From Mesoplasma florum L1 (lineage in GTDB: Bacteria; Bacillota_I; Bacilli_A; Mycoplasmatales; Mycoplasmataceae): DNA of 32,000 bases. Positions 11,240 to 23,315 of this stretch are shown in pieces. Position numbers and translations under genes: made by a program. Below the pieces are notes generated by a model. The model worked only from the letters and a program-made list of their open reading frames with translations, was not told the origin of the DNA and did no database searches. The first letter of the stretch is position 1, and each line of letters begins with the position of its first letter. The DNA lies in NCBI RefSeq assembly GCF_000008305.1, contig NC_006055.1:300001-332000 (forward strand). The letters are read 5' to 3'.

Positions 11240-11929
11240 ATGCTGACAAAAAGACTAAGAACTATTGCTGAATTAATTGATTCTTGCAATGTTGTCGCAG
11301 ATATTGGTACAGATCATGCATATTTACCAATAACTTTAGTAAAAGAAAAAAGAACTAAGTTTGCTTATGCTGTTGATGTTAATGATGAACCTTTAGGTTG
11401 AGCTAAAAAGAACATCAACATGTATAACTGCGATAATCAAATTCAAACTATCTTAAGTGATGGTTTGGATTTTGTTTTAGAAGAACAAATTCAATTTATT
11501 GATGTTGTTACAATTTGTGGTTTAGGTAGTACAACCATTCTTGATATTGTAAAAAAAGATAATAATAAAATAGGTAAGTACATTATTTGTTCTAATACAG
11601 AAGTTAGCAATATAAGAGAATGAGTTTTTGAAAAAGAATATTCAATAAGCTTTGAAAATTTTATAATTGATAGCAAAAAAGGCTATTGAGTAATTGTTAT
11701 TGAAAAAAACAAAACTAATTTAATTGCGAAAAACGATATTTCTTTTGGAAATAAAAAATACTTTACAAATAATGATGAAGTTATAAAATACTATGATAAT
11801 GAAATTAAAAAGTTTGAAAAAATATTAAGTAAAATTGATGTTGAAAAACACTATAATTCTCATGAAGAAATTACAAATAAGATTATAGAAATTAGAGGAT
11901 ACTTAAATGAAATTAATAAAATTGATTAA
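11240..11929 (+). CDS. trmK: tRNA (adenine22-N1)-methyltransferase TrmK
   Basis: ATG lies 1 nt after the rpoD stop. Motif VADIGTDHAYLPI. ORF 11420-11623 is in the same frame, extended through TGA codons to TAA at 11927-11929. The position downstream of sigA matches Bacillus yqfN. Confidence 0.8.
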
Positions 11930-12683
11930 ATATTTAGAAAAAAAGTTTCCTGCTAACAAAGCTTATGAATGAGATAATGTAGGTATTCAAAAATTTAATA
12001 AAAAAGTGGTTAATTTTGATAAAGAAATTTCAAACGTTTTGATTACAATGGATTTAAATAATGAATCATTAAAACAAATGGAAAACAGTAAAATTGATTT
12101 TATTATTACTAGACACCCTTTTATATTTAATGAATTAAAAAAAGAGAAAGAAAATCCCTTTAAAAAAGAATTAATTAAATATTTAACAAAAGAAGATATA
12201 TATGTTTTTTCAATTCATACAAATTATGATATTTGTGGATATAAAGCTTTTATTGATTTGTTAACAAATGCATTTAAAATAAAGAGTGCAAAATTTCCAT
12301 TATTTAATAAAGAGTATTTAGAAGTTAATTTAAATAGTGATATATCAAAAGATGATTTAATTCAAAACTTAAAGAATGTTTTTCAAGTTAAAACAATTCA
12401 AATAAATTCAGATGAAAATTTTAAAACTTCTAAATTTTTAATAAATCAGGGAAGTGGAGCTAGTTCAATGATTTCTAAACAAATTCAAGATTGTGTTTTC
12501 ATAACTGGTGAAGCTAAGTGAAGCGATTGAATATATGCAAATGACAATAATGTAACTTTAATAACTGTTGGTCATTATATGGAAAACTATTTCATTAATG
12601 ATATTGAAGAAAGATTGTCAAATAATTTTAAAGATATAAAAATAGAGAAAGTAGATATAAAGGAACAATACTATGTCAAATAA
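11907..12683 (+). CDS. NIF3 family (YqfO-like) metal-binding protein
   Basis: ATG at 11907 overlaps the trmK end by 23 nt. The frame contains ORF 12006-12521 and ends at TAA 12681-12683. Motifs ITRHPFIF and SIHTNYD resemble the NIF3 His clusters. Confidence 0.75.
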
Positions 12684-14055
12684 TAACGAAAGAAAGTTTA
12701 GTGATTTTGGTTTCAAAAAATACATTAATGATACTTTAAAAGAAATAAATTTTGAAACACCAACTAGAATTCAAGCTGAGATAATACCTTTAATCAAGAA
12801 ACATCAAAATGTTATTGCTCTTTCTCACACAGGAACAGGAAAAACTCATGCTTTTTTACTACCTATTTTAAACAATCTAAGATTTGATCAAGATAAGAAA
12901 AATGTACAAGCATTAATTATTGCACCAACAAGAGAATTGGCAAAACAAATTTTTGATAATGTTAAACCTTTCACAAAAAATGAAACTCAATTGAAAGTAG
13001 ATTTATTTATTGGTGGAGAGGACATAAATAAACAAATTGAATCTCTAAATAAAAGACAACCAACCATTGCTGTTGGTACACCAACAAGAATTAAAGAATT
13101 ATATGAACAAAATCATCTTAAAGCTACAACATCAGATTACATTATTATTGATGAGTGCGACATGATATTTGATTTAGGTTTCATTGAAGATGTTGATTTT
13201 GTTGTTTCAAAAGCAAAACAAAATGTAAACTTATCTATGTTTAGTGCAACTATTCCTGAACAATTAAGACCTTTTGTTTCTAAATATGCTAGAAATGCAC
13301 ATTTTATAGATGTAACTGAAAAAAATGTATCAAGTAAAAACATAAAACACGTTTTAATTGAAACAAAGAATAGAGAAACTGATTTAGTTTTATCAAATCT
13401 TTTAAATTCAATTAATCCATATTTATGCCTTATATTTTCAAACCATAAAGAAGACATTCCTAAGTATGTTAAATTGATTCGTGAAATAACAGGTCAAAAT
13501 GTTGGTGAACTACATGGTGATTTACAACCAAGAACAAGAATGAACATGCTTAAAAAAATTAAAAACAATGAGTTTAAGTTTGTTGTTGCAACAGACGTGG
13601 CTGCAAGGGGTGTTGACATAATTGGTGTAAGTCATGTTATTTCAATTGATTTACCAACAGATCTTTCATACTACATACACAGAAGTGGAAGAACAGGTAG
13701 AAGCAAAATGACTGGTGAAAGTTATGTTTTATTTAATGTTAAGAATCAAGAAAAAATTGAAGCTCTAGAAAAAATTGGGATTGAATTTATTCGCTTAAGA
13801 ATGGACAATAATCAACTAATTGAAATAAGAAATAAAAACAAGAAAAAGGCTAAGCATTATGAAGACTTAGACACTGATTCAAAAAAAGTTATTGCGAAGT
13901 ATAGTAATCAAAAAGTTAAACCTGGTTATAAGAAAAAAAGAAAAAGAGAACTTGATGAAATTACAAGAAAAAAACGACGTGAACATATTAAAAAAAGTAT
14001 TGATAAAATCAAAAAAGAAAAGTACAGAAAACGACGTGAAGAATTATTTGATTAA
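12673..14055 (+). CDS. DEAD-box ATP-dependent RNA helicase (motif II = DECD) with basic C-terminal tail
   Basis: Intact 460-aa ORF. Q-motif PTRIQ, motif I SHTGTGKTHAF, Ia PTRELA, II DECD, III SAT, V ARGVD, VI HRSGRTGR. K/R-rich tail. The position matches Bacillus cshB (yqfR). Confidence 0.9.
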   Translation: MSNNNERKFSDFGFKKYINDTLKEINFETPTRIQAEIIPLIKKHQNVIALSHTGTGKTHAFLLPILNNLRFDQDKKNVQALIIAPTRELAKQIFDNVKPFTKNETQLKVDLFIGGEDINKQIESLNKRQPTIAVGTPTRIKELYEQNHLKATTSDYIIIDECDMIFDLGFIEDVDFVVSKAKQNVNLSMFSATIPEQLRPFVSKYARNAHFIDVTEKNVSSKNIKHVLIETKNRETDLVLSNLLNSINPYLCLIFSNHKEDIPKYVKLIREITGQNVGELHGDLQPRTRMNMLKKIKNNEFKFVVATDVAARGVDIIGVSHVISIDLPTDLSYYIHRSGRTGRSKMTGESYVLFNVKNQEKIEALEKIGIEFIRLRMDNNQLIEIRNKNKKKAKHYEDLDTDSKKVIAKYSNQKVKPGYKKKRKRELDEITRKKRREHIKKSIDKIKKEKYRKRREELFD

Positions 14056-14061
14056 TATTTA

Positions 14062-14090
14062 AAAAAGTAGAATATTCTGCTTTTTATTTT
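14062..14090 (+). terminator. Weak hairpin plus T-run after the helicase gene
   Basis: AAAAAGTAGA-ATAT-TCTGCTTTTT: a short stem with one G-U pair, flanked by an A-run and a T-run. Confidence 0.35.
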
Positions 14091-14144
14091 TATATTTTTT
14101 AGTATTATTAAAAATAGAAATAATCAAATCAAAGGAAAGTAGAT

Positions 14145-15689
14145 ATGGCAAGAAAAAAAAGAATAAAAATTTATTCATCTAATGGTAAAAAAGCTTTACT
14201 ACTTTCACCCGAAGAAATAACAATAGTAAAAAATGATCCAAGCTATGAAAAAAACTATGAAATAGAATTCAATAAAGGTAAACAGGCTTTCGAGGTTAGA
14301 AACTATTATGCTATTGGATTTTGAAAAGATCTTTTATTTGTTTTAATAGGTGCATTCCTTTCAACTATTGCAATAGATTATTTTATATCTATAACTGGTA
14401 ATGCTGGATTATTCCCTGGTGGTTTAGGTGCCATAGCTCGTTTCCTATCTATAATAGGAGCTAATAATATAACAATTTCAGCAAGTACACTTTATTTTAT
14501 AGTTTACTTCATCATGAATATTCCCTTAGTAATTTTTGGATTTATAAAAATAGGATGAAAGTTTTCAACTCTTACATTAATTTATTCAATTATTTCAATT
14601 TTCTTTGATTTAATATTACAAAATATTCCCTACATAAACCCTAATGAATTTAGTTTACTTATTGATTACAATTTAATTAGTTCTTTACCGGGTGCTTGAG
14701 GAGCAATTATTTGAATTTTTGCTTTTGCTATCTTTGGTGGAATGATTAACGGATTTAGTTATTCAATTACATATAAAGGAAATGCATCAACTGGTGGAAG
14801 TGACTGAGTTACTTATTATTATTCTAAAAAATTAAACAAAGATATTGGTTCATTAAATATAAAAATAAATATTTTCATATTATTTATTGTTATTTGTTTG
14901 AACACAATTATTTTAAAAACACAACACATTGATCAGACAATCAAACTAAGTGCTATTTACAATGAATATAATAGTTGAAATGAGTTGATAAATTCAGATT
15001 TAGGAAAAGCTCTAGATCCTATATTATCTGCTGAGGATAAAGTTTCAATAGACTTATTTAATAGTTGAAAAAATTTAAAATCTGGAAATTGAAACAATGA
15101 AGATTGATTTAATATTTCAAAATATATCTCATCATCATCTGAGTATGATTCATATTACACTTCAACATTAGTTTGAAAAATGAAATTCAAATGAATTATT
15201 GGACCAAGTTTATTTGCATCTTTAACATTAATAATTACACAGGGATTAACTGTTAATAGACTTTATCCTAAAAATAAAATTTTGAACTTATTTATATCAA
15301 CAAACAAAATTAATGAAGTTCAACAATATTTATTTAGTGTTGGTTACACAAACAATATTTTCATTTGAAGAACTGTTGCTTCAAAGAAAAATGCCTGAAA
15401 TGATCAAGAACAAGATTTAATTATGATTTCTATGCCGTTACTATACTTTAATAAGATTGAAGACTATTTAATCAAAATAGATGAAGACATGATTATTAAT
15501 ATAATTGGAAGTAAAGCTGTTAAAGGTAAAAACTTTAGTTATACATTTGATAATGAATTACGTGAAAAAGCATTAACTGAAGAATTCATGAATAATGGTA
15601 AATTAATGAAAAAAATTGAAAGCAATACAATTATTAAGACACACAAAAAAATGAAAAAAAATGGTGTTAGTATACAAAATGAGGTATAA
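14145..15689 (+). CDS. YitT family membrane protein (DUF161 TM domain plus DUF2179-like C-terminus), expanded
   Basis: ATG at 14145 follows the SD AAAGGAAAG. The frame is open through about 16 TGA codons and joins ORF 15423-15689. TM-rich core with NASTGGSDW, resembling the YitT STGGxD motif. 514 aa. Confidence 0.7.
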
Positions 15690-15716
15690 TCTTTTATAGA
15701 TTATACTTTTTATTTT
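15684..15716 (+). terminator. Rho-independent terminator overlapping the YitT-family stop codon
   Basis: GTATAATCT (15684-15692) pairs with AGATTATAC (15698-15706), followed by TTTTTATTTT. Confidence 0.65.
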
Positions 15717-15751
15717 AAGTATTAACTTTTCAGACAAGGAGGAGTAAATAA

Positions 15752-18700
15752 ATGAATAATAAAAAAGCTTCATTTAAGAAAATAGCACAATCTCTTTGTC
15801 TTGTTTTAATTGTGTTTTCTTTAATCATTTCAATCGTTTTCTCTTCATTCAGTATTGCTAATAAAACAAACTTAAATACTAGATATTCAGGTGGATATGA
15901 TGCGCTTGTTGAAGTATATGATGAAAAACAAAATGCAACTCAAGGAACTTCAACTCCAAATGGTGATGCTAGACTGGCTGCTGAATCTCTTCAAACTAAA
16001 TTATCTCCATTTTCAGATAATACTATTGATGTTAAAGTAGTGGGGCAACATAGGGTTTCAATTAGAGCAACAAAAGAACAATACCAAAATAATCCTAGAT
16101 TATTTATAAATGCGATCGAACAAGATGGTGGATTGATGGCATTTACTCAAACAAATAATATTTATACTGATATTTTATTTGATGATACTGCAGTTAAAAA
16201 AATAACAGCTTCAGAAAATGGAATATATGATAGTAACAATGAAATTGCTAATAAGTTAGCAATTTCAGAAATTTTCGGATCAGTTAAATATACACCAGAT
16301 AGATCTGAAAGCGGTTCAGGTCAACAAAACTCACCATTTTTAACTTTTGAAGAAGGTTCAAATGGTAGTTATTTAAAAAACTTAACAGCTGCAACAACAG
16401 CAACAGAAAATGCACCAGCAACACCTGCAAATTTAACAGTTATATCATCATTTGAAACAATCTTAAACAATCTTAGAGAATATTTTTTACAAGCACCTAA
16501 TGAAAATTCACTTGATACTTACTTAGAAAACTACTATAGGGGTGTAATTCAACCGATTTTAAGTTTTTATTCAAGCACGGACACAACTGCTCAACAAAGA
16601 GCTGTTATAGATGATTTTTTCTCTGTTTCATACATGACATCAAGTGGTCAAATGCAATCAGCTTCTTTAATTTCAGGGAGTTTTAATAAATGATGAACAG
16701 ATAGTGCATCTAATGAACAAATGTTATTTAATAATTCAAATAATATTGAGCTTATTGTAAATGATTTAAAAGCATTATTATATGGAACATTTGAGGGCAG
16801 AACTGCACCAACGAACTATACTTATAATTTTGTAAATAATGTAAACAAATATGTTATTGATCCAAATTCAAAAACTGAAGACTTTAAAAAAGAACCAGAA
16901 AATGGTAATCCTGCTGGTAGGTATTCAGAAAATATAATTTTAGGCGCACAATCAATGAGAATTGATGAAGTAGCTAAAGTTATTAATGATGTTATGCTGT
17001 CAAAAGTATTATTTGCTCAAAAATCATCAACATCAATATTCTCACAATATCTTGATCAATCAATTTTTGAAAAAAACTTTATAATGATAAATGATTCAGT
17101 GACTCAAACTGGTGTTGCTTCTGCATCAGAAACAATGTCAAGAGCAACATTTACACCTAGTGTTGTTTATAATGGTGCTACAAGTCAATTAAGAGTTAAA
17201 ACTAGATCAGCAACAATTGCAAGAACAATTGAAGCCTCAATTTCGCAAACAACTTCAGGATTTAGTTTTAAAGTTATAAAATTAACTGAATTTAATCCAG
17301 AAATAACTTTATACATGTTATTAGCATCTATTATATTCTTGCTAATATTAGCTATTTTTACAATGGTATTCTTAGTTATTGCTTATAGATTATTAGGTAT
17401 TTATACACTAATAATTGCTGTGACATCTGTTTTTATAACATTGTTTACACCTACTTTATTTGGCATAGCAATTGGAATAGAACTTTACACTTTAATTTTC
17501 ATAATGCTAGGTCTTGTTTTAGAATCATGTATTCTAACAATTGAAGCATTTAAAAAACACTTAAATAAGGAAAAAAGATCAATTACAGAATCATTTAAAC
17601 TATCATATAAAGAAAATTTAGGTATCATACTTGATTCATTTATATTAATTTTGATTCCAAATTTAATTATTTTTTGAATTGGAACAGGTTCATTAAAAAA
17701 CTTTGCAACTGTTGCAACAGTATCAACAGCAATTATATTATTTTTAGTAATTGTTGTATTTAGATTAATGATTTATTTAACAGTTAAAATTCAAATTTTT
17801 AAAAACCACCCATTATGATTGCCAATTGATACAAAAGATATCAAATCTGGTGTTGCAATCAGAGACAAAATTAATTTATCAAAATATGAATACCAGTTAA
17901 ATATACTAACTAATAAAGAAAAAGTTAGCTCAAAAGAGTTATTAAAAATTAAGAGAATTAATGATTTAATTGAAACTTTAAAAATTAAAATTGAAAATAA
18001 AGAAAAAGATTATAATCAAAAATTAATTAATAAGAATAAAGAAAAAACTATCAAACTAAATCAAAAAATTGAATCTCTTGAAAAAACAGAGAAAAAAATT
18101 CGTTGATATAAAAAAGATTGAATCTCATTCTTAAAAGTTAATAGAGATGTTGCAAAAGCAGTTTCAACTAATGCTGAAGGTAAAGTAATTGAAGAAGTAA
18201 AAACAAAAAGAAATCAAAATTGAATCTTCAATATAAATAGAATTATTATTGTTTTACTATTAGTGTTTTCAGTAATTGGTGGTGTTGTAGCCGCTACTGT
18301 AGGTCCTAACTATTCAAACTTATTTGGTAAAGATAACACTTATATTGTTTATGGTGAATATTTATATGAATTACCAGGAAACAATTTTGATAATGTTGTT
18401 ACTAAAATAGCAGAAAATCAATCTGAAGAACAAGCAAATGCATTTCAAAGTGAAGCTTTAAGAATGGCTAATGAAAAAGGACACAGTGATATTGAAGCTG
18501 GAGCAAATGATAATGAATTTGTTGCTTGATTAAGTGAGTATACAGTTCAATATGTATTTGATAATAATTTACTTAAAGCATTCTATTCAGGATATAAAGG
18601 AACAACTTCTTTAAATTCTATTGAATCAGGAACTACATACGGTGATCAAACTGAGAATTCATCAGCTGAAAATCTAATGCCATATATTCAAATTGAATTA

Positions 18701-19762
18701 TCAAACCAAACAAACATTACTAGAACTAAAAGATTATTAAATAGTATTTTTACAGGTAGAACTCGTTTAGGAAGTAATTATACTAATGAATCAAGAGGTA
18801 TTTTAGGAATGTATCAAATTCCATTTACCGCATATGGTCAAATTAATCAAATATTAATTTCATTCGCAATTTTAATATTAATTTTAATTGTTTATATATT
18901 AATTAGATATAAATGAACTTACTATGTTGCCTTAGCACTAGCACTTGTAGTTGTTGTTTTAATTACAACATCTCTAGTAATTATGTTCAGAGTACCAATA
19001 AGTACAGAAATATTGGTCACAATGATTTCGATTGCAGCATTCACAATTATGTCTGTAATATTTATTCTTGGTAAAACAAAATCCTTAATATCTATTAAAA
19101 ATAAAAATGAGTTAAGATTCGAATTTGATAAAGAAGCTAATGCTCAAGCAATTATTAAACACAAAGTCTTAGAAGCAATAAATAATAAAAAAGCTTTAAA
19201 TAAAGCTAATAAAAAACGCATTAAAGATATTAGAAGAAAAATAGTTGATATTAAAATAGCTAAAAAATCAAAATTCTACACATGAGATGCATTTAAAGCT
19301 ATATTTAAATCAAATAGAATACCTAAAATAGCAGAATTAAGAAAAGAAATTAAAGCAATTAGAAAAGAAAATAAAACTGATCTAAAACCTTTAAGAAAAG
19401 CAATTAAAGCTGCTAAAAAAGCTGGTAGAAAAGAAATATCAACAATATTAAAAGATAATCAATTTGCTAAATCATTATTTGTTGGTTCATTAAGATTTGG
19501 GATAAATAGATTAGTTTATATTTCTGGATTCTACTTATTATTTGCAATTATTTTAGCTGTTACAATACCTTCACTAGCTGGAGTTGGAATTACATTATTA
19601 ATTGGTGTATTTGTAGCAAACATCGTAATCTTAACAATGTCATTACCTTTATTGATATGATTAGAAAAACGAAGAATAGTTTCAAACTATGGTAGAAAAG
19701 AATTTATCTCTCAAACTAATGTTTCTCAAGAAGAACAAATAGTTAAAGATATTAACGATTAA
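15752..19762 (+). CDS. secDF: Protein translocase subunit SecDF fusion, greatly expanded (1336 aa)
   Basis: Six track ORFs (15752, 16721, 17819, 18263, 18677, 18983) share one frame and are joined only by TGA; TAA is at 19760-19762. The SD is AAGGAGG. N-terminal TM then YSGGYDALVEV, resembling the SecD LxGG motif. There are two blocks of 5-6 TM helices (about 17290-17800 and 18840-19660) separated by soluble domains. Confidence 0.75.
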
Positions 19763-19779
19763 TTAAAAGGAGTAAATAT

Positions 19780-20292
19780 ATGGATTTAAAAAAACATATT
19801 TTAAATGTTAAGGATTTCCCAATTGATGGAATTGACTTTAAAGATGTAACACCATTATTAAATGATGCTGATGCTTTTGCTTATGTAATTGATGAAATGG
19901 CAAAATTTGTTATTGAATGTGGAGCTAATGTTGTAGTTGCTCCAGAAGCAAGAGGATTCTTATTTGCAAGTGCTGTAGCTTATAAATCACATACTAGATT
20001 TGTATTAGTTAGAAAACCTGGTAAATTACCTCGTGAAGTTATCGATATTGAATATACTTTAGAGTATGGAACAAATCATCAACAAATGCACAAAGGTGAT
20101 ATTAAACCTGGTGATAAAGTAGTTATTATAGATGATGTACTAGCAACTGGTGGAACAATTGAAGCTATTGTTAAATTAGTTGAAATGCAAGAAGGTAAAG
20201 TTGAGGGAGTTTCATTCTTAATTGATTTGCCAGCATTACATGATGAAAATCTATTACAAGAATACAAAGTTCAAAAACTTGTTAAATATTAA
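19780..20292 (+). CDS. apt: Adenine phosphoribosyltransferase
   Basis: Intact 170-aa ORF with SD AAAGGAG. PRPP-binding motif VVIIDDVLATGGT. Confidence 0.93.
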   Translation: MDLKKHILNVKDFPIDGIDFKDVTPLLNDADAFAYVIDEMAKFVIECGANVVVAPEARGFLFASAVAYKSHTRFVLVRKPGKLPREVIDIEYTLEYGTNHQQMHKGDIKPGDKVVIIDDVLATGGTIEAIVKLVEMQEGKVEGVSFLIDLPALHDENLLQEYKVQKLVKY

Positions 20293-20296
20293 GATT

Positions 20297-20327
20297 AACA
20301 CCTATAATTAAAATAGGTGTTTTTTTA
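20297..20327 (+). terminator. Rho-independent terminator after apt
   Basis: AACACCTAT (20297-20305) pairs with ATAGGTGTT (20313-20321) around a 7-nt loop, followed by a T-run. Confidence 0.75.
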
Positions 20328-20349
20328 TTTAAAACAGAAAGGTATATTT

Positions 20350-20913
20350 ATGGAAGACAAACAAAGATGTGATTGATCATCAAATGCTATTTTAAATGAA
20401 TATCATGATAATGAGTGAAGTAAAATAACTCAAAATGATGATTACATATTTGAATTACTTATATTAGAAAATATGCAAGCGGGTTTAAATTGATTAACAA
20501 TCTTACTTAAAAGAGAAGAATTCAAAAAAGCATTTGATAATTTTGAATTAAAAAAAATTATTAGCTATGATGAAAATAAAATAAATGAATTAATGAATAA
20601 TAAGGGTATTATAAGAAATAAACTAAAAATTAAATCACTAATTTCAAACGCAAAAGCTTTTAAAGAAATTCAAATACAATTTGGTTCTTTTTATAATTAC
20701 ATTTGAACTTTTACAAATAACAAGCAAGTTATTAATAATTGAAATTCAATTGATGAAGTACCAGCTGAATCAGATTTATCAAAAACAATATCAGTGGATT
20801 TAAGAAAAAGAGGATTTAAATTTGTAGGACCTGTTATTGTTTATTCATTTTTACAAGCAATAGGAATAATCGATGATCATTTAAATAAATGTTTTTGTAA
20901 AAATCAAAATTAA
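20350..20913 (+). CDS. tag: DNA-3-methyladenine glycosylase I
   Basis: Absent from the ORF track because it contains 5 in-frame TGA codons. Translation: MEDKQRCDWSSN...YHDNEWS...GLNWLTIL...GPVIVYSFLQAIGIIDDHLNKCFC. This matches the Tag signature (RCxW, YHDxEW, C-terminal DH/Cys zinc ligands). 187 aa. Confidence 0.85.
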
Positions 20914-20927
20914 TTATATAAGAGTGT

Positions 20928-20954
20928 ATAGACTTATTTTAAGTCTATTTTTTG
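20928..20954 (+). terminator. Rho-independent terminator after tag
   Basis: ATAGACTT (20928-20935), loop ATTTT, AAGTCTAT (20941-20948), then TTTTTT. Confidence 0.65.
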
Positions 20955-20961
20955 TTATAAT
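20953..20961 (+). promoter_or_regulatory. Extended -10 promoter element (TGtTATAAT) upstream of relA/spoT
   Basis: TG at 20953-20954 and TATAAT at 20956-20961, 25 nt upstream of ATG 20986. Confidence 0.4.
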
Positions 20962-20985
20962 TTTAAAAATAGAATGGGTGATTTC

Positions 20986-23283
20986 ATGGCTGGTATAATT
21001 TTACCTAGAAGAACTAGTAAAAGAGCTTCAACAAACTTAAATATTGTTGAGATAAAAGACTATATAACACTAGAAAATGAATTAAAAAAATATATTAAAG
21101 ATAGAAAAGCATTAATTAAAATTAAGGAAGCTTATTTATTTGCTGAAAAAATGCATAGCGAACAAAAACGTAAAAATGGAGATCCCTATATTTATCACCC
21201 ACTTTCAACTGCATACTATTTAGCACAACTGCAAATGGGACCAAAAACTATTAAAGCTGGTTTATTACATGATGTTGTTGAAGATACACCTGTTAAAATT
21301 GAAGAGATAGAAGAGAAATTTGGAAAAGAAATAGCATCACTTGTTGAATCTGTAACTAAAGTTAGTTATTTTGCCGAAGAAAATCGTGAGCAAATTAAAT
21401 CAGAATATTTAAGAAAACTGTATATTTCTATGGCAAAAGATATAAGGGTTATTATTATTAAAATTGCTGATAGATTACATAATATGTTAACAATTGAGAA
21501 TTTACCAGAAGAAAAACAAAGAGTAGTTGCTAAAGAGACATTAACTATTTATGCAGCCATTGCTCACCGTATAGGAATGAAAAATGCTAAATCTAAATTA
21601 GAAGACATGGCATTTAAAGTTTTAAATCCAAATGATTTTACAGACATTGAAAATTTAATTGAAAAAGGTCGTGAATCTAGGGAAGATAATATTGCTAAAA
21701 CAATTGATGATATTTCGTTTTTCTTAAGAAAAGAAAAACACATTAAAATAATTGATATTTTTGGAAGAGAAAAAACAATTTATTCAATTTACAGAAAAAT
21801 GAATGTTAATGGTAAACAATTTGAAGAATTACATGACCTTGTTGCAATTAGGATAATTGCAAAATCAACTGATGATTGCTACAAAATTTTAGGGTACTTA
21901 CACCAAAAATACTTACCATTATCAGGAAGATTTAAAGATTATATTGCAACACCTAAAAATAACGTATATCAGTCATTGCATACTACTTTAAGTAATAGTA
22001 AAGGAATGTTTTTTGAAGTTCAAATAAGAACTCAACAAATGGATGATGTCGCTGAAACTGGGGCTGCTGCTCACTGAAGATATAAAGAGGGTGAAGTTGT
22101 AGATATTGCTAAGAGACAAAAACAAATTGACGAACAAATTGATATATTTAGCAGAATTTTGGATTTAACAGATCAAATAAATGAAGAAGAAAATTCAAAA
22201 GAGAAAGAATTAGAAAATCAATTACAAAAAGATGTTTTTGGATCAATGATTTATGTTCTAACTCCAACTCAAAATGTTATTACTTTGCCTTATGGAGCAA
22301 CTGTATTAGATTTTGCTTACAGAATACACACTGAAATAGGAGAAAAAACTACAGGAGCAAAAATTGATGGTATATTCTCTCCAATTAACACAGTCTTAGA
22401 ATCAGGGCAAGTTGTTGAAATTAAAACTTCTTCTAAACAACAACCAACACACGAATGATTAAAAATAGCTACTACATCAAATGCTAAAAATAGAATTAGA
22501 AAATACTTGGGTAATAAACTAAAAGAAGATAACTCATTTGATGAAGATAGAAAAGAATTAGCAAGAAAAACAGAAAACTTAATTAACTCATATATTAATC
22601 AAAAAGAAATAAAATGAAAAAGAAAATCTCAAAGTGAAATTCTTGAAGCTGTTAAAAAAGCAGGTTATGCCAATCTTGAAGAGTTTTTAATTAATGTTGG
22701 TAAAGGTGAAATCTCTATTGTTGAAGCCACTGATAAATTCTTCATTAATCACAATTTCTCAAAGGACGAAGAAGCTTTAAGAAGTATTCAATCAAAAACT
22801 ATAAATGATAGAAGTTTAAAAAATGATATTGTTATAGATGGAATAACAAATATTAAAACATCAATTGCAAGTTGTTGTTTACCAATTCCATATGAAGATG
22901 TTATTGGTTATGTTGCTAAATCAGGAAATGGTATAAAAGTTCATTTAAAAGAATGTTATAACCTATATACAACAGAAGAAACAAAACGTTTAGTTCAAGT
23001 ACAATGAAACTCAGCTGTTGCTGAAAATAGTTTATATACAACAAAACTAAAATATTTTGCTACAGATAGACCAAATCTTTTATATGACATATCAAGAGCA
23101 TTATCAAATTTAAAAGCAACAACAATAAATGTAAAACTTGGTGTTGATGATAAATCTTTACTTGTTAATGGTGAATTAACAATTAAAGTTAAAAGTTCAG
23201 CACAATTAAATCAAATTATTTTAACAATTAAATCAATTGCAAATATCATAGATTGCGAAAGATCTGTAAAGAGTATTAAATAG
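20986..23283 (+). CDS. relA: Bifunctional (p)ppGpp synthetase/hydrolase (RelA/SpoT homologue)
   Basis: ATG 20986 is preceded by GGGTGA; ATG 20974 is an alternative start. ORFs 20974-22077 and 22159-22458 share a frame, extended through TGA codons to TAG at 23281-23283. HD domain (HPLSTA...HDVVEDT), synthetase motifs (YSIYRKM, DLVAIRII, YQSLHTT, EVQIRTQQMD), then TGS and ACT-like regions. Confidence 0.92.
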
Positions 23284-23303
23284 GTTTTAAACCTATTTTT
23301 TAT
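23278..23303 (+). terminator. Rho-independent terminator overlapping the relA stop codon
   Basis: AAATAGGTT pairs with AACCTATTT around a 3-nt loop, followed by a T-run. Confidence 0.55.
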
Positions 23304-23315
23304 TTTTCTAAATTT

